From positions 1-52,547 of the forward strand of contig JAPDKD010000002.1 of the NCBI GenBank assembly GCA_029258735.1: a stretch of DNA of 52,547 bases. The letters run 5' to 3'. The translations under genes and the position numbers were made by a program. The notes beneath the pieces are model-generated. The model searched no databases. It was not told the origin of the DNA and saw only the letters and a program-made list of their open reading frames with translations. How positions within the stretch are numbered: the stretch's first letter is position 1; every line of letters starts with the position of its first letter. Below, in pieces: positions 9,200 through 19,523 of the stretch. This DNA is from an archaeon (GTDB lineage: Archaea > Thermoproteota > Thermoprotei > Thermofilales > JAPDKD01).

Positions 9200-10526
9200 C
9201 TCTGAGTTGCTTCAGAAGATTATTAAATGGCTGCCCAAGCAAAGGTGGTTTCCTAAAAAAGGCAGAATATCGATCGAAGAAGCCATAGAAATACCGGGCG
9301 AAAAAAATCTACTATTACTTCAGCTTAGCGTAGATGGAAGCGAAGTATTTCTACCTATAATATTGGATGAAGAAAAACCTGGAATAGAAGTATCGCTGAT
9401 TAAGGTCCAAGACAGATACATATACGAAGCCGAGTTCTCGGCATATTACTTTGAGAAGCTATTTAGAGACGAAATTGGAGTACTAGAAAAGAGGGGCTTT
9501 AAACCACTACCGCAGAAAATAGCTAGCATCGAAGCGCTAAGCAGATCTTCAACAAACAGGCTAATCAAACTAAACACGGACTTGGGCCCGCTGGTTGCAA
9601 AATGCTATAGAACGCTCAGCAGCGAAAATCAGGAACCGCTATTCCTTAGCTATCTTTCTGGAGAGTACACACCTGAAATCTACGCCTACTGGGAAGTGAA
9701 GGGAAAACCCATTGCAACGTTAATGGAATACGTGAAGATACTGGAAGATGCTGTAGCAGCCTTCTACAAAGCTGCACGCATCACCATTAAAAGAAAAAGG
9801 CTACAACTTCCACATGAACATGCAATTAGAGTTGCAAGATTCGTCGCAGGCTTCCACGAAAAAATGGCGGAATGCAGCAAAGCGTGGTGTAAGCCTGAAA
9901 AAATAAGCATCAATGACATAGTCGACTGGGAAAAAAGGATAGCCAGCTATGAAAACTTAATGCAGAGAGAATTAAGGGCTCTAAACGTACCTAGCATAGA
10001 GAGAAAAGCTGTAGCAAGAATAGACGAGGCAATTAAAATTCTTAAACAATATAGCGGGCTAATTAAAATTAGGACTCATCAAGATCTTCACTTGGGGCAG
10101 ATAGCAGTCACCCAAAACCGGCTATTTATCCTTGATTTTGAAGGCGAGCCTCTAAGAAAATATAGGGTCGAAAAGGAGCCCTGCCTTAGAGATATTGCTT
10201 GTCTCTTAAGAAGCCTAGTTTACATAGCATTCTTTGCGCATAAGGATTTTCTAAGAAAGTCCAATCAATCGGTGTTTAAAGCATTTATTCAAGGTAAGGC
10301 TGGGTTGATGAGCGAGTGGTATCAGGCCGTTTTTGATGTCATTTTAGAGTCATATTTAGAATCCTTAAGTATTGAGAAGGTGTTAGGTGAAAGTCTTGAA
10401 AAAGATGAAGTAAAAAACCTTTTATTACCATGGCTGGTTGAACGCAGCTGCTATGAGTTTGCGTATGAAGCTAAATACCGCCCCGAAAATAGGTTCATCC
10501 CTCTCTTAGGTCTAGTTACGTTTTAG
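9174..10526 (+). CDS. Maltokinase (Mak/Pep2-like phosphotransferase)
   Basis: WLPKQRWF N-cap, RTHQDLHLGQ, ILDFEGEP, LRDIACLLRS, YEFAYEAKYRP. Confidence 0.85.
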   Translation: MSTARYAISSELLQKIIKWLPKQRWFPKKGRISIEEAIEIPGEKNLLLLQLSVDGSEVFLPIILDEEKPGIEVSLIKVQDRYIYEAEFSAYYFEKLFRDEIGVLEKRGFKPLPQKIASIEALSRSSTNRLIKLNTDLGPLVAKCYRTLSSENQEPLFLSYLSGEYTPEIYAYWEVKGKPIATLMEYVKILEDAVAAFYKAARITIKRKRLQLPHEHAIRVARFVAGFHEKMAECSKAWCKPEKISINDIVDWEKRIASYENLMQRELRALNVPSIERKAVARIDEAIKILKQYSGLIKIRTHQDLHLGQIAVTQNRLFILDFEGEPLRKYRVEKEPCLRDIACLLRSLVYIAFFAHKDFLRKSNQSVFKAFIQGKAGLMSEWYQAVFDVILESYLESLSIEKVLGESLEKDEVKNLLLPWLVERSCYEFAYEAKYRPENRFIPLLGLVTF

Positions 10527-11688
10527 TTTGCTTGGTGAGAAGCCCTAGAGGCAGAGCTGAGCAGATGGAAGTTGCAGTACTGTATAAGAAGGCGACTCGT
10601 CGTCCATAGGCGTCCCAGAGGTATCCAACTGTACTGATTCCAAGTAAGAAGGCGAGACCAATGGCTATGTAGTACACTCCATAAGCAGTCCCCCTTAGCT
10701 CTTCAGGTACATATCGTGGAAGAACGGCTCTGGAGACGGTATCGTACATTCCCTGAAAAACTCCGAAAAGCAATGCTATAAGCACAGCATCCAGCCAGCT
10801 GCCCGTAGCGAAGACAAGAATAAACGACGTTAGTGAAAACATAAGAAAGGATAGTAGGAGAACCTTCTCTCTCCCCCATTTATCTGCAGCTATTCCTGAG
10901 GGGAAGCCGACCGCTGTGTGGGTAAGGTTTATCAGCATGTAAACTAGCGGCGCAGCAGCTAAGGGTATCCCAAGCTCCTGTGCGCGTACAATTACAAAGG
11001 AGAAGTTGTAGGCTCCTATATTGAAGATAACAAGCGATGCAAGAAGTAAGAGGAACGGTCCCCTAAGTATTTTAGAAGCTCCCTCAAGTATGCCACGCGG
11101 CTTTCTCTCTATTTTCACGTCTACCACGAAGAAAGCCAAAATAACTAAGGCTATAGCCGCTGGTATGAAAGATATAAGAAAAAGTGTTCGGGTGCCGTAA
11201 AGCGGCACTATAATAAAGGCTGTTAGGGGACCTAGAACAGCCCCGAGCTGGTCTAGTGTCCTATGTATGCCGAAGGCCTTTCCAGACTCCTTTTCCCTGA
11301 CAGACTGACTTATGAGCGCGTCTCTCGGCGAGGTGCGTATGCCCTTTCCCAGCCTATCCAAAGTCCTGACTATGAGCGCGTCCAGCCAAGTTTTCGCGAA
11401 CGCGAACATAGGCTTAGCAATGCCGGAGAATGCGTATCCAATAAATACGAAGATTTTTCTTTTGCCGAGCTTGTCCGACAGAACACCGCTTATTAGCCTA
11501 AACATGTAGTTCGTCATTTCAGCTATACCTTCCATGAGTCCCAAAGCAGCCCTAGTTGCGCCTAGTTCTTGAACAACGTATACTGGAAGAATGCCTAGAA
11601 TCATTTCTGTAGACACGTCAGTGAAGAAGCTGACAAATCCTAGAGCAAAGACGTTCCTATATCCAGGTCTCTTTCGCTCTTTCCCCAT
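10516..11688 (-). CDS. MFS transporter
   Basis: GVLSDKLGKRK motif A; DRLGKGIRTSPRDALI; ~12 TM. Confidence 0.93.
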   Translation of the reverse strand: MGKERKRPGYRNVFALGFVSFFTDVSTEMILGILPVYVVQELGATRAALGLMEGIAEMTNYMFRLISGVLSDKLGKRKIFVFIGYAFSGIAKPMFAFAKTWLDALIVRTLDRLGKGIRTSPRDALISQSVREKESGKAFGIHRTLDQLGAVLGPLTAFIIVPLYGTRTLFLISFIPAAIALVILAFFVVDVKIERKPRGILEGASKILRGPFLLLLASLVIFNIGAYNFSFVIVRAQELGIPLAAAPLVYMLINLTHTAVGFPSGIAADKWGREKVLLLSFLMFSLTSFILVFATGSWLDAVLIALLFGVFQGMYDTVSRAVLPRYVPEELRGTAYGVYYIAIGLAFLLGISTVGYLWDAYGRRVAFLYSTATSICSALPLGLLTKQTKT

Positions 11689-11733
11689 GTGTCTCCCTCT
11701 TAGCGAAAAGCGCCTTTATTCCTATATAGGTTC

Positions 11734-12444
11734 CTATGCTATTTTTGTTCCAAAGCCACTTCTGCTCGGGCTGTTATCATATACCTCAGTAACATTTATG
11801 ATATAAACAGGCCTATCGCGCCTATGTTCAGGAGGGGTATAATGATATGCATCGTGGATAAGCGTTACAAGTTCGTGATATTCTCCATCCATATGCACGT
11901 CTATTATTCCTCGAACCTCAAAACTTATCATTGGCGGCTGGAAGAATACTAGACAAGCATTTCTAGACCTTTGAACGATATTCCATGTGTGCTTTGAAGA
12001 CCACGGCAACCTCTTAGCCAGCTCCACCGTAGCGAGTTTCTCAAAATTAACAAATTTTTCGGCTTCGTTCTCGGGCTTATAAACGTACTTTAACATTAGT
12101 TTTAAGCCTTTAACCGAATGGTCTTCATAAAGCTTTCTCATAGCTTCCTTCTCTCCCTTTATTTTCTCGTAGACTTCGTCCGACGCCTTCATATGGTCTC
12201 TAAACTCCTTCAAAGCCTCCGAAAGGATTTCACGCTTTAAAACATAGCCTACACCTACAACCTTGCCATTTACTTCGATGCTGCCGTCGGAATTGACAGC
12301 AGCAGTGCAAAGCACTGGGTTATGTCGCGTGAACTCCAAGAAGAATTTGCTGGGATCACCTATCTCTCCCTTGAGCATCTGCTCAGCTAGGCGTCGACGC
12401 GGATAATAGTTCCACTTCAGAAACTTTTCGGGCAATTTAACCAA
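11734..12444 (-). CDS. FMN-binding split-barrel (pyridoxamine 5'-phosphate oxidase-like) protein
   Basis: SKHTWNI..ACLVFFQPPMISFEVRG...VTEVYDNS resembles this family. Confidence 0.55.
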   Translation of the reverse strand: MVKLPEKFLKWNYYPRRRLAEQMLKGEIGDPSKFFLEFTRHNPVLCTAAVNSDGSIEVNGKVVGVGYVLKREILSEALKEFRDHMKASDEVYEKIKGEKEAMRKLYEDHSVKGLKLMLKYVYKPENEAEKFVNFEKLATVELAKRLPWSSKHTWNIVQRSRNACLVFFQPPMISFEVRGIIDVHMDGEYHELVTLIHDAYHYTPPEHRRDRPVYIINVTEVYDNSPSRSGFGTKIA

Positions 12445-12520
12445 GTTATTCCCCTCTCTTTTCCAGAAAACACATAGCAGAGGACGAAAATAAATATGAA
12501 ATATTTAATGTGAAAAAATG

Positions 12521-13402
12521 CTATTCTCTGCTGTTTGTAGCTTTGCGTTGTGGACGCGTTGGGTGATAAGGGTACGGTATGTATTCTATTCCAGGCCTTT
12601 GCACGAGAGCCTGCGGGTATAAGTCCATTAGTTGATAGATTTCTGGGGGTATTTCGTCCTTCACGGGTAGTCCAAGCTCTTTTGCTCTACGTACAGTTAT
12701 CGGGTAGTCATGAGTATACTTGCCGCTCACCAGTTCCTCGTAGATTCTTTCTGCCCCCTCTTTTCCGTACTTATCTTCGAGAAGCTCCATGATTATTTCT
12801 TTCATCTGGTTAAGCGACTTTTTAGCTATGTCGGCGAAAAGTAAAGTCTCGTCAGAAACCTTGTCCACTCCCTTTTCCTCCACAACCTTGAGAATGCTGG
12901 GAGCAGGCGCCGCGAAGCCGTCTTTAAGCGTTAACTGAGGATCCAAAGGTCCAAGCACTGCATGCGGGTCCATCCATATTTCATCCGCAGCAAGAGCAAT
13001 TAGAGTACCGCCTGACATGGCGTAATGAGGGATAACGACTATCTTTTTTGCTGGGTGGCTTTTTAACGCGAAGGCTATCTGACTTGCTGCCAGCACAAGT
13101 CCTCCCGGAGTATGTAGAATAAACATTATAGGAGTGTCAGGTGGCGTTGTTCGTATTGCACGCATTACAGCTTCGCTGTCTTCTATGTCAATAAACCTAT
13201 AGACGGGTATATTAAAGAAGCCCACCTTTTCTTGCCTATGAATCATAGTAATTACTCTGACCTTATACTTTCTTTCAATAAGTCTTATTAGGGAAGCTCT
13301 AGCGTTCTTAAGTGCTCTAAACTGGAGATGGGGCAACGCTAAGGTGAAGAAAATTAATAACCAGAAAAGTAAGGCAATAGGGTCAAAATAATATCCGTTC
13401 AT
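12521..13402 (-). CDS. SDH_sah family ClpP-fold serine protease
   Basis: ILHTPGG, PHYAMSGGTLIALAADEI, LGPLDPQ, THDYPIT. Confidence 0.92.
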   Translation of the reverse strand: MNGYYFDPIALLFWLLIFFTLALPHLQFRALKNARASLIRLIERKYKVRVITMIHRQEKVGFFNIPVYRFIDIEDSEAVMRAIRTTPPDTPIMFILHTPGGLVLAASQIAFALKSHPAKKIVVIPHYAMSGGTLIALAADEIWMDPHAVLGPLDPQLTLKDGFAAPAPSILKVVEEKGVDKVSDETLLFADIAKKSLNQMKEIIMELLEDKYGKEGAERIYEELVSGKYTHDYPITVRRAKELGLPVKDEIPPEIYQLMDLYPQALVQRPGIEYIPYPYHPTRPQRKATNSRE

Positions 13403-13445
13403 GTGCTTTCCCTCACTTATTACTTTATAGTATTTTTCATAAAGG

Positions 13446-14792
13446 TTACTTTACAGAAAAGTGCGGTCTCGATAATTTGGTGAGAATAGTCTTTAATAAA
13501 TCGGCCGGATAGTCTCCTAGGCCTAAAACCTTCACTTTACTTCGAGGCCATATAATGTCAGCTTCACGAGAAATCTCATAATAAACAGTATATTCGTCTC
13601 CCTTCATGTTTTCAGGCAATTTAGCGGACGCCTTCTCGCCCGGAAATAGCACAGCGCCAATTGCTACATCCTGTAGTTTGTCTCCTTCGGAAGTCTGCAC
13701 CGTGACCTGAAGCTTCTCCAGCTTTAATGGATACTGGGAGGTGTTTGTAAATGTAACAGTTCCTTCTTGCTGATTATATGTAGCTTCTAAATTCTTTTCC
13801 CACTTCATATGCAAACCGTAAATATTGAAGTAGGGTTTTGGAAAGCCGCTAACCTCCTCACTACCCCTAAACTTCGTGATCATCTGAATTCTATAGTCTA
13901 CGTCGTAGACTAGAATATACTTCTTAGAGTATTCTACCAGTACACCTTGATACTTCTTCCATTCTCCCTCTACATCTTTCACTTCAACGGTCACTAAACG
14001 ACCAATGGCGTTTTCTAATAACCCGTCATATTCGGTGCCTAAAGTTCCCAGAATCTTAGACTGCATATCTTGAAGTCTCTTAGATATATCAGTGCTAAGA
14101 GTTGTCGTCTGTATAGGTACACCTGGAATGGAGGTAGCCATAAGAGTTGACTGGAGCATTTGAGTAGAGGAAGAAAAGTAGCTTCCAACGCGGTCTTTCA
14201 CGTATGAAAGTGAATTAGAAAGCTTTCTCGAAGCTCTTAAATAAAACGGCGGATCGTATGCTACAGCAAGTTCCCTCCATATTTTTTTACGCTCTTCTTC
14301 TGAAAGAAGGTCTTTAAAGCGAAATATGCCGAAAACGTTGCTAAGCTCTGTAGAAAAAACTTTTCTCGAGACAAGCGAAGGCGGATACCAAGGATTAATT
14401 CTTAGTTCCTTCAAAGTAAAAGATTCTGGAAGAATATTCTTCTTCTTAAATTCTTTAATCAGCGTTTCCGCTTCTTCCAGGAATTTTTCATCCCCTGTTT
14501 CCTTATAGTTCTCATATAGAAACGCTAATAGAGAGACGGGATTTTCTATATTTTCCACATCAAAAAATATCTCAAATCCTCCGCCACTTCGAGGAAACGG
14601 GTGTAGCTTACCGAAGTATGCCTCGTTAGATAGTACAACTAGTACACTGTCTCCTGAGAACTTTTTAAGTACCCTATCTATCGTAAAATATTCAACTATG
14701 CCATAAAATAAAGAAACTATGAGTCCGAGAAGTATTATATAAAATAACGGCGCAAGATACTGCCAAATATCGAAAGCAAATACTTCCTGCAT
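13446..14792 (-). CDS. Hypothetical membrane-anchored protein
   Basis: 448 aa ORF, one N-terminal TM, co-oriented just upstream of the protease. Confidence 0.8.
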   Translation of the reverse strand: MQEVFAFDIWQYLAPLFYIILLGLIVSLFYGIVEYFTIDRVLKKFSGDSVLVVLSNEAYFGKLHPFPRSGGGFEIFFDVENIENPVSLLAFLYENYKETGDEKFLEEAETLIKEFKKKNILPESFTLKELRINPWYPPSLVSRKVFSTELSNVFGIFRFKDLLSEEERKKIWRELAVAYDPPFYLRASRKLSNSLSYVKDRVGSYFSSSTQMLQSTLMATSIPGVPIQTTTLSTDISKRLQDMQSKILGTLGTEYDGLLENAIGRLVTVEVKDVEGEWKKYQGVLVEYSKKYILVYDVDYRIQMITKFRGSEEVSGFPKPYFNIYGLHMKWEKNLEATYNQQEGTVTFTNTSQYPLKLEKLQVTVQTSEGDKLQDVAIGAVLFPGEKASAKLPENMKGDEYTVYYEISREADIIWPRSKVKVLGLGDYPADLLKTILTKLSRPHFSVK

Positions 14793-14826
14793 ATCTATTA
14801 TTCTTTAGCTAGCCTATGAAAAAAAT

Positions 14827-15873
14827 TTATGGTGGAAATTCCCTAGGCGTAGTATCCGTTGATTCCTCCAGCTCATATAGTTGGGACTTCCAAGTCCACT
14901 CGCCGTTCTCAACGTACATCCAGTATTTTGGTATCCTCTTATAGACAACTGAAGAGTCCACGAGAAGTTCTCCATAGGGCATTTCAGCCTTCACTTTTTG
15001 AAGCACCTTGTATATATCCTCCTGTATGTTGCATGGAGGCTGACCCACAACTAACGCCTTATCGTTCTCTATAAAAGCATTGAAGAAGGAAGGTATTTTG
15101 ACTAATGCTCTTGCAGCCGACTTGGCCGCGTCTCCTCTGAAGTAATATACCCGTAAGGGCACTTCGCTGGGATCATAGAAGTATCCTACTGAGTTGCCTA
15201 TCCATGCTGGCTTAACATGACGTCGGACATGGTAGCTTATGGCCTGCACGGTGACTTTGGGGAATGTAGGATCGTCTTTCAGTGCCTTTTTAACAGCTCG
15301 GTAAGGTCTCATGAAGGCATCCACCATTCTGCCCTGAATTATAGCTAAGTCAATTTTATCAGGAGACCTTTTGTCAGGTGGCCACTTCTCCACTCTCCAG
15401 CTTAATGCATCGATTACATCAAATAGTTTACCGAAATCGGGTACAATACGTTTTTCCTCCGGTATGTACTTGTAGAATCCATCTTCGAAGTTCCACACAG
15501 AGTACTCGTAGCCACGAATAATCTCAACTATCTTCACGGTTTTTTCTAGTTCCTCTATGTATGTCTCAAAGTATGCTGTAGGAACAACTGCAACTATCAA
15601 GTACAGGGGCTTAAGACCGTACAGTTTTCTGACAGATAAAGTATATTGAGGCATCTTTCCAACTTTAAACGGCTCGGCCAATATGGCCAAAGGCAGAAGA
15701 TTCAACATTTTGTAGTTCACGCGGAAGTAAATTCTACCCCTCTGCTTAATACTTTCTACTATCCTCTTTACTGTTGATCTTGGTATTCTAGTTATTCGTG
15801 CAGCCTCTCCAATAGTCCAAGCGGCTGTTAATGATTTTGCTACCTCAAATTCCTTTTGACTTATTTTATTCAA
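14827..15873 (-). CDS. Putative transcription regulator with tandem HTH/Lrp-like modules
   Basis: TIGEAARITRIPRSTVKRI HTH; second module PDKIDLAII...QAISYHVRRHV; paralogous to 33953..35011. Confidence 0.75.
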   Translation of the reverse strand: MNKISQKEFEVAKSLTAAWTIGEAARITRIPRSTVKRIVESIKQRGRIYFRVNYKMLNLLPLAILAEPFKVGKMPQYTLSVRKLYGLKPLYLIVAVVPTAYFETYIEELEKTVKIVEIIRGYEYSVWNFEDGFYKYIPEEKRIVPDFGKLFDVIDALSWRVEKWPPDKRSPDKIDLAIIQGRMVDAFMRPYRAVKKALKDDPTFPKVTVQAISYHVRRHVKPAWIGNSVGYFYDPSEVPLRVYYFRGDAAKSAARALVKIPSFFNAFIENDKALVVGQPPCNIQEDIYKVLQKVKAEMPYGELLVDSSVVYKRIPKYWMYVENGEWTWKSQLYELEESTDTTPREFPP

Positions 15874-16206
15874 ATGTACACACCACTATTCTTATAATAA
15901 TCTTATTAATATCTCTTTTTATAGAATATTGCATGTGTATCTTTTTTTGAAGAATATTCTATCTAGCTTTTACCATGACCTTCAAATATGATGAAAAAAG
16001 GGTCAAAATCTCTATATTTAACCTTTCAAGTTTGATTCTTCGGTAAAGCTAATTCTGAATTGTGTGATATTTGCTTTAAAGTAGCATCATATGTATAAAA
16101 CATGGTTCCTTCACATGTAGTCTCTGAGCACAAATTTTTCCCTATTCATTTTGCTTTTAACTCTTTAGATAATATTTATACATATGAGAAGCATTCTGGG
16201 CATAAT

Positions 16207-17091
16207 ATGCAAATTATGTTGAGTTTAACTCTAGTGATAGTAATGATACCAGTGGGCTTCTTAGCTGCATTAGTGGGCATAGGCGGAGGAACGATAATTG
16301 TGCCACTCCTAACCCTCTTTTTTGGCTTGCCAATAAAGGAAGCCGTGGCAATAAGCATAGTAACTGTAGTAGCTGCCGGAATAACAGGCGCCTCGAGATA
16401 CCTTAAGCAAAAAATCACGAATATTAGGCTTGGCCTATTTTTGGAAATGAGCACTACACTGGGAGCAATGGCAGGAGCCGTTCTCGCTCTCTCTCTGCCC
16501 TCCTTTGTACTATTTCTGCTTTTAGCAACCGTTTTAATATACGTAGGTCTTAACCAAATATACCGAGGAAAGAAGGAAAGAGAAATGATAAAGCACAGAG
16601 CCTACGAGAAAATACATGAAGATACTATAGCTAAAACCCTGAATCTTTCAGGAAAGTACTGGGATGCCGCTGAAAACGCCGAGATCAAATACAAAGTAAC
16701 CAACACTCTACAGGGCTTATTCGCTTCTATCACCGCCGGGCTCGCTTCGGGAATGCTGGGCATAGGAGGCGGCGTATTAAAAGTTCCAATAATGAACGAA
16801 GTAATGAAAATTCCAGTAAAAGTCGCTGTAGCAACAAGTAAGTTCATGATGTGCCTCACAGCCTCAGCCGCCGCCTTGGTATACATAAACGAAGGAAGAG
16901 TAAATCTACACCTTGCCTCGGCAACTGTATTAGGCATAATGATAGGTGAACTTATCGGAACACGTGTAATGAACAGAGTACACGCGGATAAGATAAAAAT
17001 GCTTTTAGGATTAGTGCTCGCCTATTTTGGATATCTTATGCTAGCAAAAGGTGTTTACCAATTTTCTGGAGTAAAACTGCCGGGTGCATAG
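16207..17091 (+). CDS. TauE/SafE (TSUP) family exporter
   Basis: Duplicated GIGGG..VP motifs, KVAVATS; start likely 16207 or 16216. Confidence 0.92.
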   Translation: MQIMLSLTLVIVMIPVGFLAALVGIGGGTIIVPLLTLFFGLPIKEAVAISIVTVVAAGITGASRYLKQKITNIRLGLFLEMSTTLGAMAGAVLALSLPSFVLFLLLATVLIYVGLNQIYRGKKEREMIKHRAYEKIHEDTIAKTLNLSGKYWDAAENAEIKYKVTNTLQGLFASITAGLASGMLGIGGGVLKVPIMNEVMKIPVKVAVATSKFMMCLTASAAALVYINEGRVNLHLASATVLGIMIGELIGTRVMNRVHADKIKMLLGLVLAYFGYLMLAKGVYQFSGVKLPGA

Positions 17092-17368
17092 GATGAACCT
17101 AGAAGATATTGCGTGTAAAGGCCTAACCTTGGGATTAACAATTTCACTTATCATCTTGACATTAGGTTTCTTTTTTGCATATATAGTCCACAGCAGTCCG
17201 CTAACCGCCATCCTATTTTATGCTGGGATAATGATACTAGTTACAACCCCCGTAATCATGATAACGGGGCTTTTAATAGTTTTTATAAAAATGAGAGAAA
17301 AATACATGTCTCTAATCACATTAACAGTAATAATTATAATTATAATTAGCGGATTATTAAAAAGATGA
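17084..17368 (+). CDS. Small membrane protein, DUF1634-like TauE partner
   Basis: 3 TM, GIMILVTTP motif, overlaps the TauE stop. Confidence 0.7.
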   Translation: MHRMNLEDIACKGLTLGLTISLIILTLGFFFAYIVHSSPLTAILFYAGIMILVTTPVIMITGLLIVFIKMREKYMSLITLTVIIIIIISGLLKR

Positions 17369-17374
17369 TAGAAT

Positions 17375-18322
17375 CTATACTACATCTACGTCGATACTCA
17401 TCATAGCTTTCCTAAATCTCAAAGCCCCCATCAATAGCAGAAAAAGAATAACCGTAATAATAAACGCCATATCTCCCAGATACGGCAAAAGAGACAACCT
17501 CCCCTCCCTCTTTTCAATTATATAACGACAAGGCATGCCGTCGCCAGTCAGCCTGTACGATATCAATACGGAGTAATTTACGGCAATCCCTTGAGTTCTC
17601 ACCAAGTTAACGATTTCTTGAGGCCCGAGAATAGCTTCAAACTCTTTTTCGCTCGTGACAATGGTTATATTTCCCAGTGTAATTTCTAAATAACAATTTA
17701 CCGCTTCGGAGGGTACGTGGTTCCTAATTATTATAACAGGCATTAATGGAAACCCCAGCAAATGAATGGAAGGCTTAATTTCAAAATTGCTTGCATTATG
17801 CAACTCGACAATGCAAGTCTTTGAATTATATAGCATCATGCTTTCGTTTCTAATGCATATTTCGCAGAATTCTATCCCACTTACCGTAGGTGTGCGTTCA
17901 AGCCAAGAACCATTAAAGTAGGCAAAACATTCTCGTTGGAGAGGCTCATTGGCGAAGAAAAGGCGAGTAACGTTAGATATGTGTAAAGGAAGGTTCTTCG
18001 TGAAACGCTGGGAATTATTAAGTCGTTCAAGTACAATTTTTATGCCATTGATTTCGCATTCCATGCTGTTTTGGCTATAGTTAGCGATTACTTCAATTAC
18101 GGCTTTGCTGCCTAAAAAACGCAACGAGGAATTGAAAGTCAAAATAGAACCATTAACTCTACATTTCAATTCTACAAATTTTTGAAGGCTGGAAGAAGTG
18201 GAATAGTTTAATAACATATTGCATGGCTCAGCGTTAACTAGCGTGGCAGCTAGACTCAATATTGAGATAAACATAGTAATCGTAATGACTTTATCACTGT
18301 AGCGCATTTTAATCACGCACAA
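17375..18322 (-). CDS. Hypothetical surface protein (signal peptide plus C-terminal TM)
   Basis: Hydrophobic ends, many N-x-S/T sequons and Cys. Confidence 0.65.
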   Translation of the reverse strand: MCVIKMRYSDKVITITMFISILSLAATLVNAEPCNMLLNYSTSSSLQKFVELKCRVNGSILTFNSSLRFLGSKAVIEVIANYSQNSMECEINGIKIVLERLNNSQRFTKNLPLHISNVTRLFFANEPLQRECFAYFNGSWLERTPTVSGIEFCEICIRNESMMLYNSKTCIVELHNASNFEIKPSIHLLGFPLMPVIIIRNHVPSEAVNCYLEITLGNITIVTSEKEFEAILGPQEIVNLVRTQGIAVNYSVLISYRLTGDGMPCRYIIEKREGRLSLLPYLGDMAFIITVILFLLLMGALRFRKAMMSIDVDVV

Positions 18323-18363
18323 TTTTTTAATATAATCTAAGGTTTAAAACGTTGGTGCACTAA

Positions 18364-19521
18364 TTGCTGCTAGCAAAAAAGAAATTATTAAGTTTTTATG
18401 AAACAGAAGTCGCCGGAGAAGGAGGCAAAGCTTTAACTATACAGGCAAACATAGCATATAACAACCATGTAATAAAAGGCATCCTAGTTCTAGCCGGAGA
18501 GGAGACGCATACCCAGTTTGCTAGAGTAGCAACTTCATTCATAAAAACGCTTCTCAGCAAAGCACTAAAGAAAAAGGGCTATCTAGCAACTCTTAGAAAA
18601 ACTAGAACGCTTGGATCAACAGCTGCAGTTATAGGTAATGTATTGTACCTTGACCCGGGACCTAGCGGAATAATAAAATTAGGCAGAAAAAACATTGAAG
18701 TGTCCGAAACTACAAGGCTAACTAAGAAACCAACGGAAATTACACTAATTACCTCTGGAATAAAAGGAAAAATATTCTTTGCCAGCAAAAAATCCAGAAA
18801 GAATAAAATCGATTCAATGCATGTTGCAACAATGAAGGGTAAAAGAAAAAACAACGAAGATACAGCGGCGTCCTTATCTCTTAAACTTTATAATGGAACT
18901 GAGGGCGCACGTAGATACATTATATTAGCAGTAGCGGATGGAGTAGGAGGGCTCAAAATAGGCGAAAAAGCAAGTTTAGCGGCAATAAACGGTTTTATTC
19001 AAAGAATAATTGAAAGAATCCTGTTGCAGACTTATATGAAGCAAACTGATATGGAAGAAGCCGTAAAACACGCTAATACCGAAGTTTTAAACGTTGTAAA
19101 AACCGTAGGCAAACAAGCAGCAACAACTCTTACAGCAGGACTAATAGAGGGAAACCGCTTATTGATAGCTCATGTGGGGGATAGCAGAGCTTACCTGATA
19201 GATAGGGGCATCAAAAAAGTATTTAGACTCACAAAGGATCATAAAATAAGCCCTCAAAGTCACATCATAACCAGAGCGTTGGGCATAAGGAAAAACTTAG
19301 AGGTAGACCTGGAAGAACAAGTTATTACACCTTGTTCAACAGTTTTCATATGCTCAGATGGTGTGACCGATGTAATAAATGACAATGAAATAGGTTCTAT
19401 AATCGTAACCGATCCTCTTCCAGCAACTTTTTCTCAAAAAATATTTTCAATGGTAAAGTCACGTGGAGCGCCAGATAACGCTACTATTTCAGCGTTTTCT
19501 AGAAATATCGAAATAGGTTAA
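18364..19521 (+). CDS. PP2C/PPM-family Ser/Thr phosphatase with N-terminal extension
   Basis: GKRKNNED, AVADGVGG, HVGDSRAY, LTKDH, ITRALG, CSDGV, GAPDNAT. Confidence 0.92.
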   Translation: MLLAKKKLLSFYETEVAGEGGKALTIQANIAYNNHVIKGILVLAGEETHTQFARVATSFIKTLLSKALKKKGYLATLRKTRTLGSTAAVIGNVLYLDPGPSGIIKLGRKNIEVSETTRLTKKPTEITLITSGIKGKIFFASKKSRKNKIDSMHVATMKGKRKNNEDTAASLSLKLYNGTEGARRYIILAVADGVGGLKIGEKASLAAINGFIQRIIERILLQTYMKQTDMEEAVKHANTEVLNVVKTVGKQAATTLTAGLIEGNRLLIAHVGDSRAYLIDRGIKKVFRLTKDHKISPQSHIITRALGIRKNLEVDLEEQVITPCSTVFICSDGVTDVINDNEIGSIIVTDPLPATFSQKIFSMVKSRGAPDNATISAFSRNIEIG

Positions 19522-19523
19522 AG

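Noticed and set aside
15932..15940. 9-mer ATACACATG shared (reverse strand) with 35851-35859
   Set aside because: A single 9-mer match in AT-rich DNA is plausible by chance
15988..16058. ATGATGA...CTGA as a C/D box sRNA
   Set aside because: No clear D'/C' boxes, AT-rich would-be guides, longer than typical
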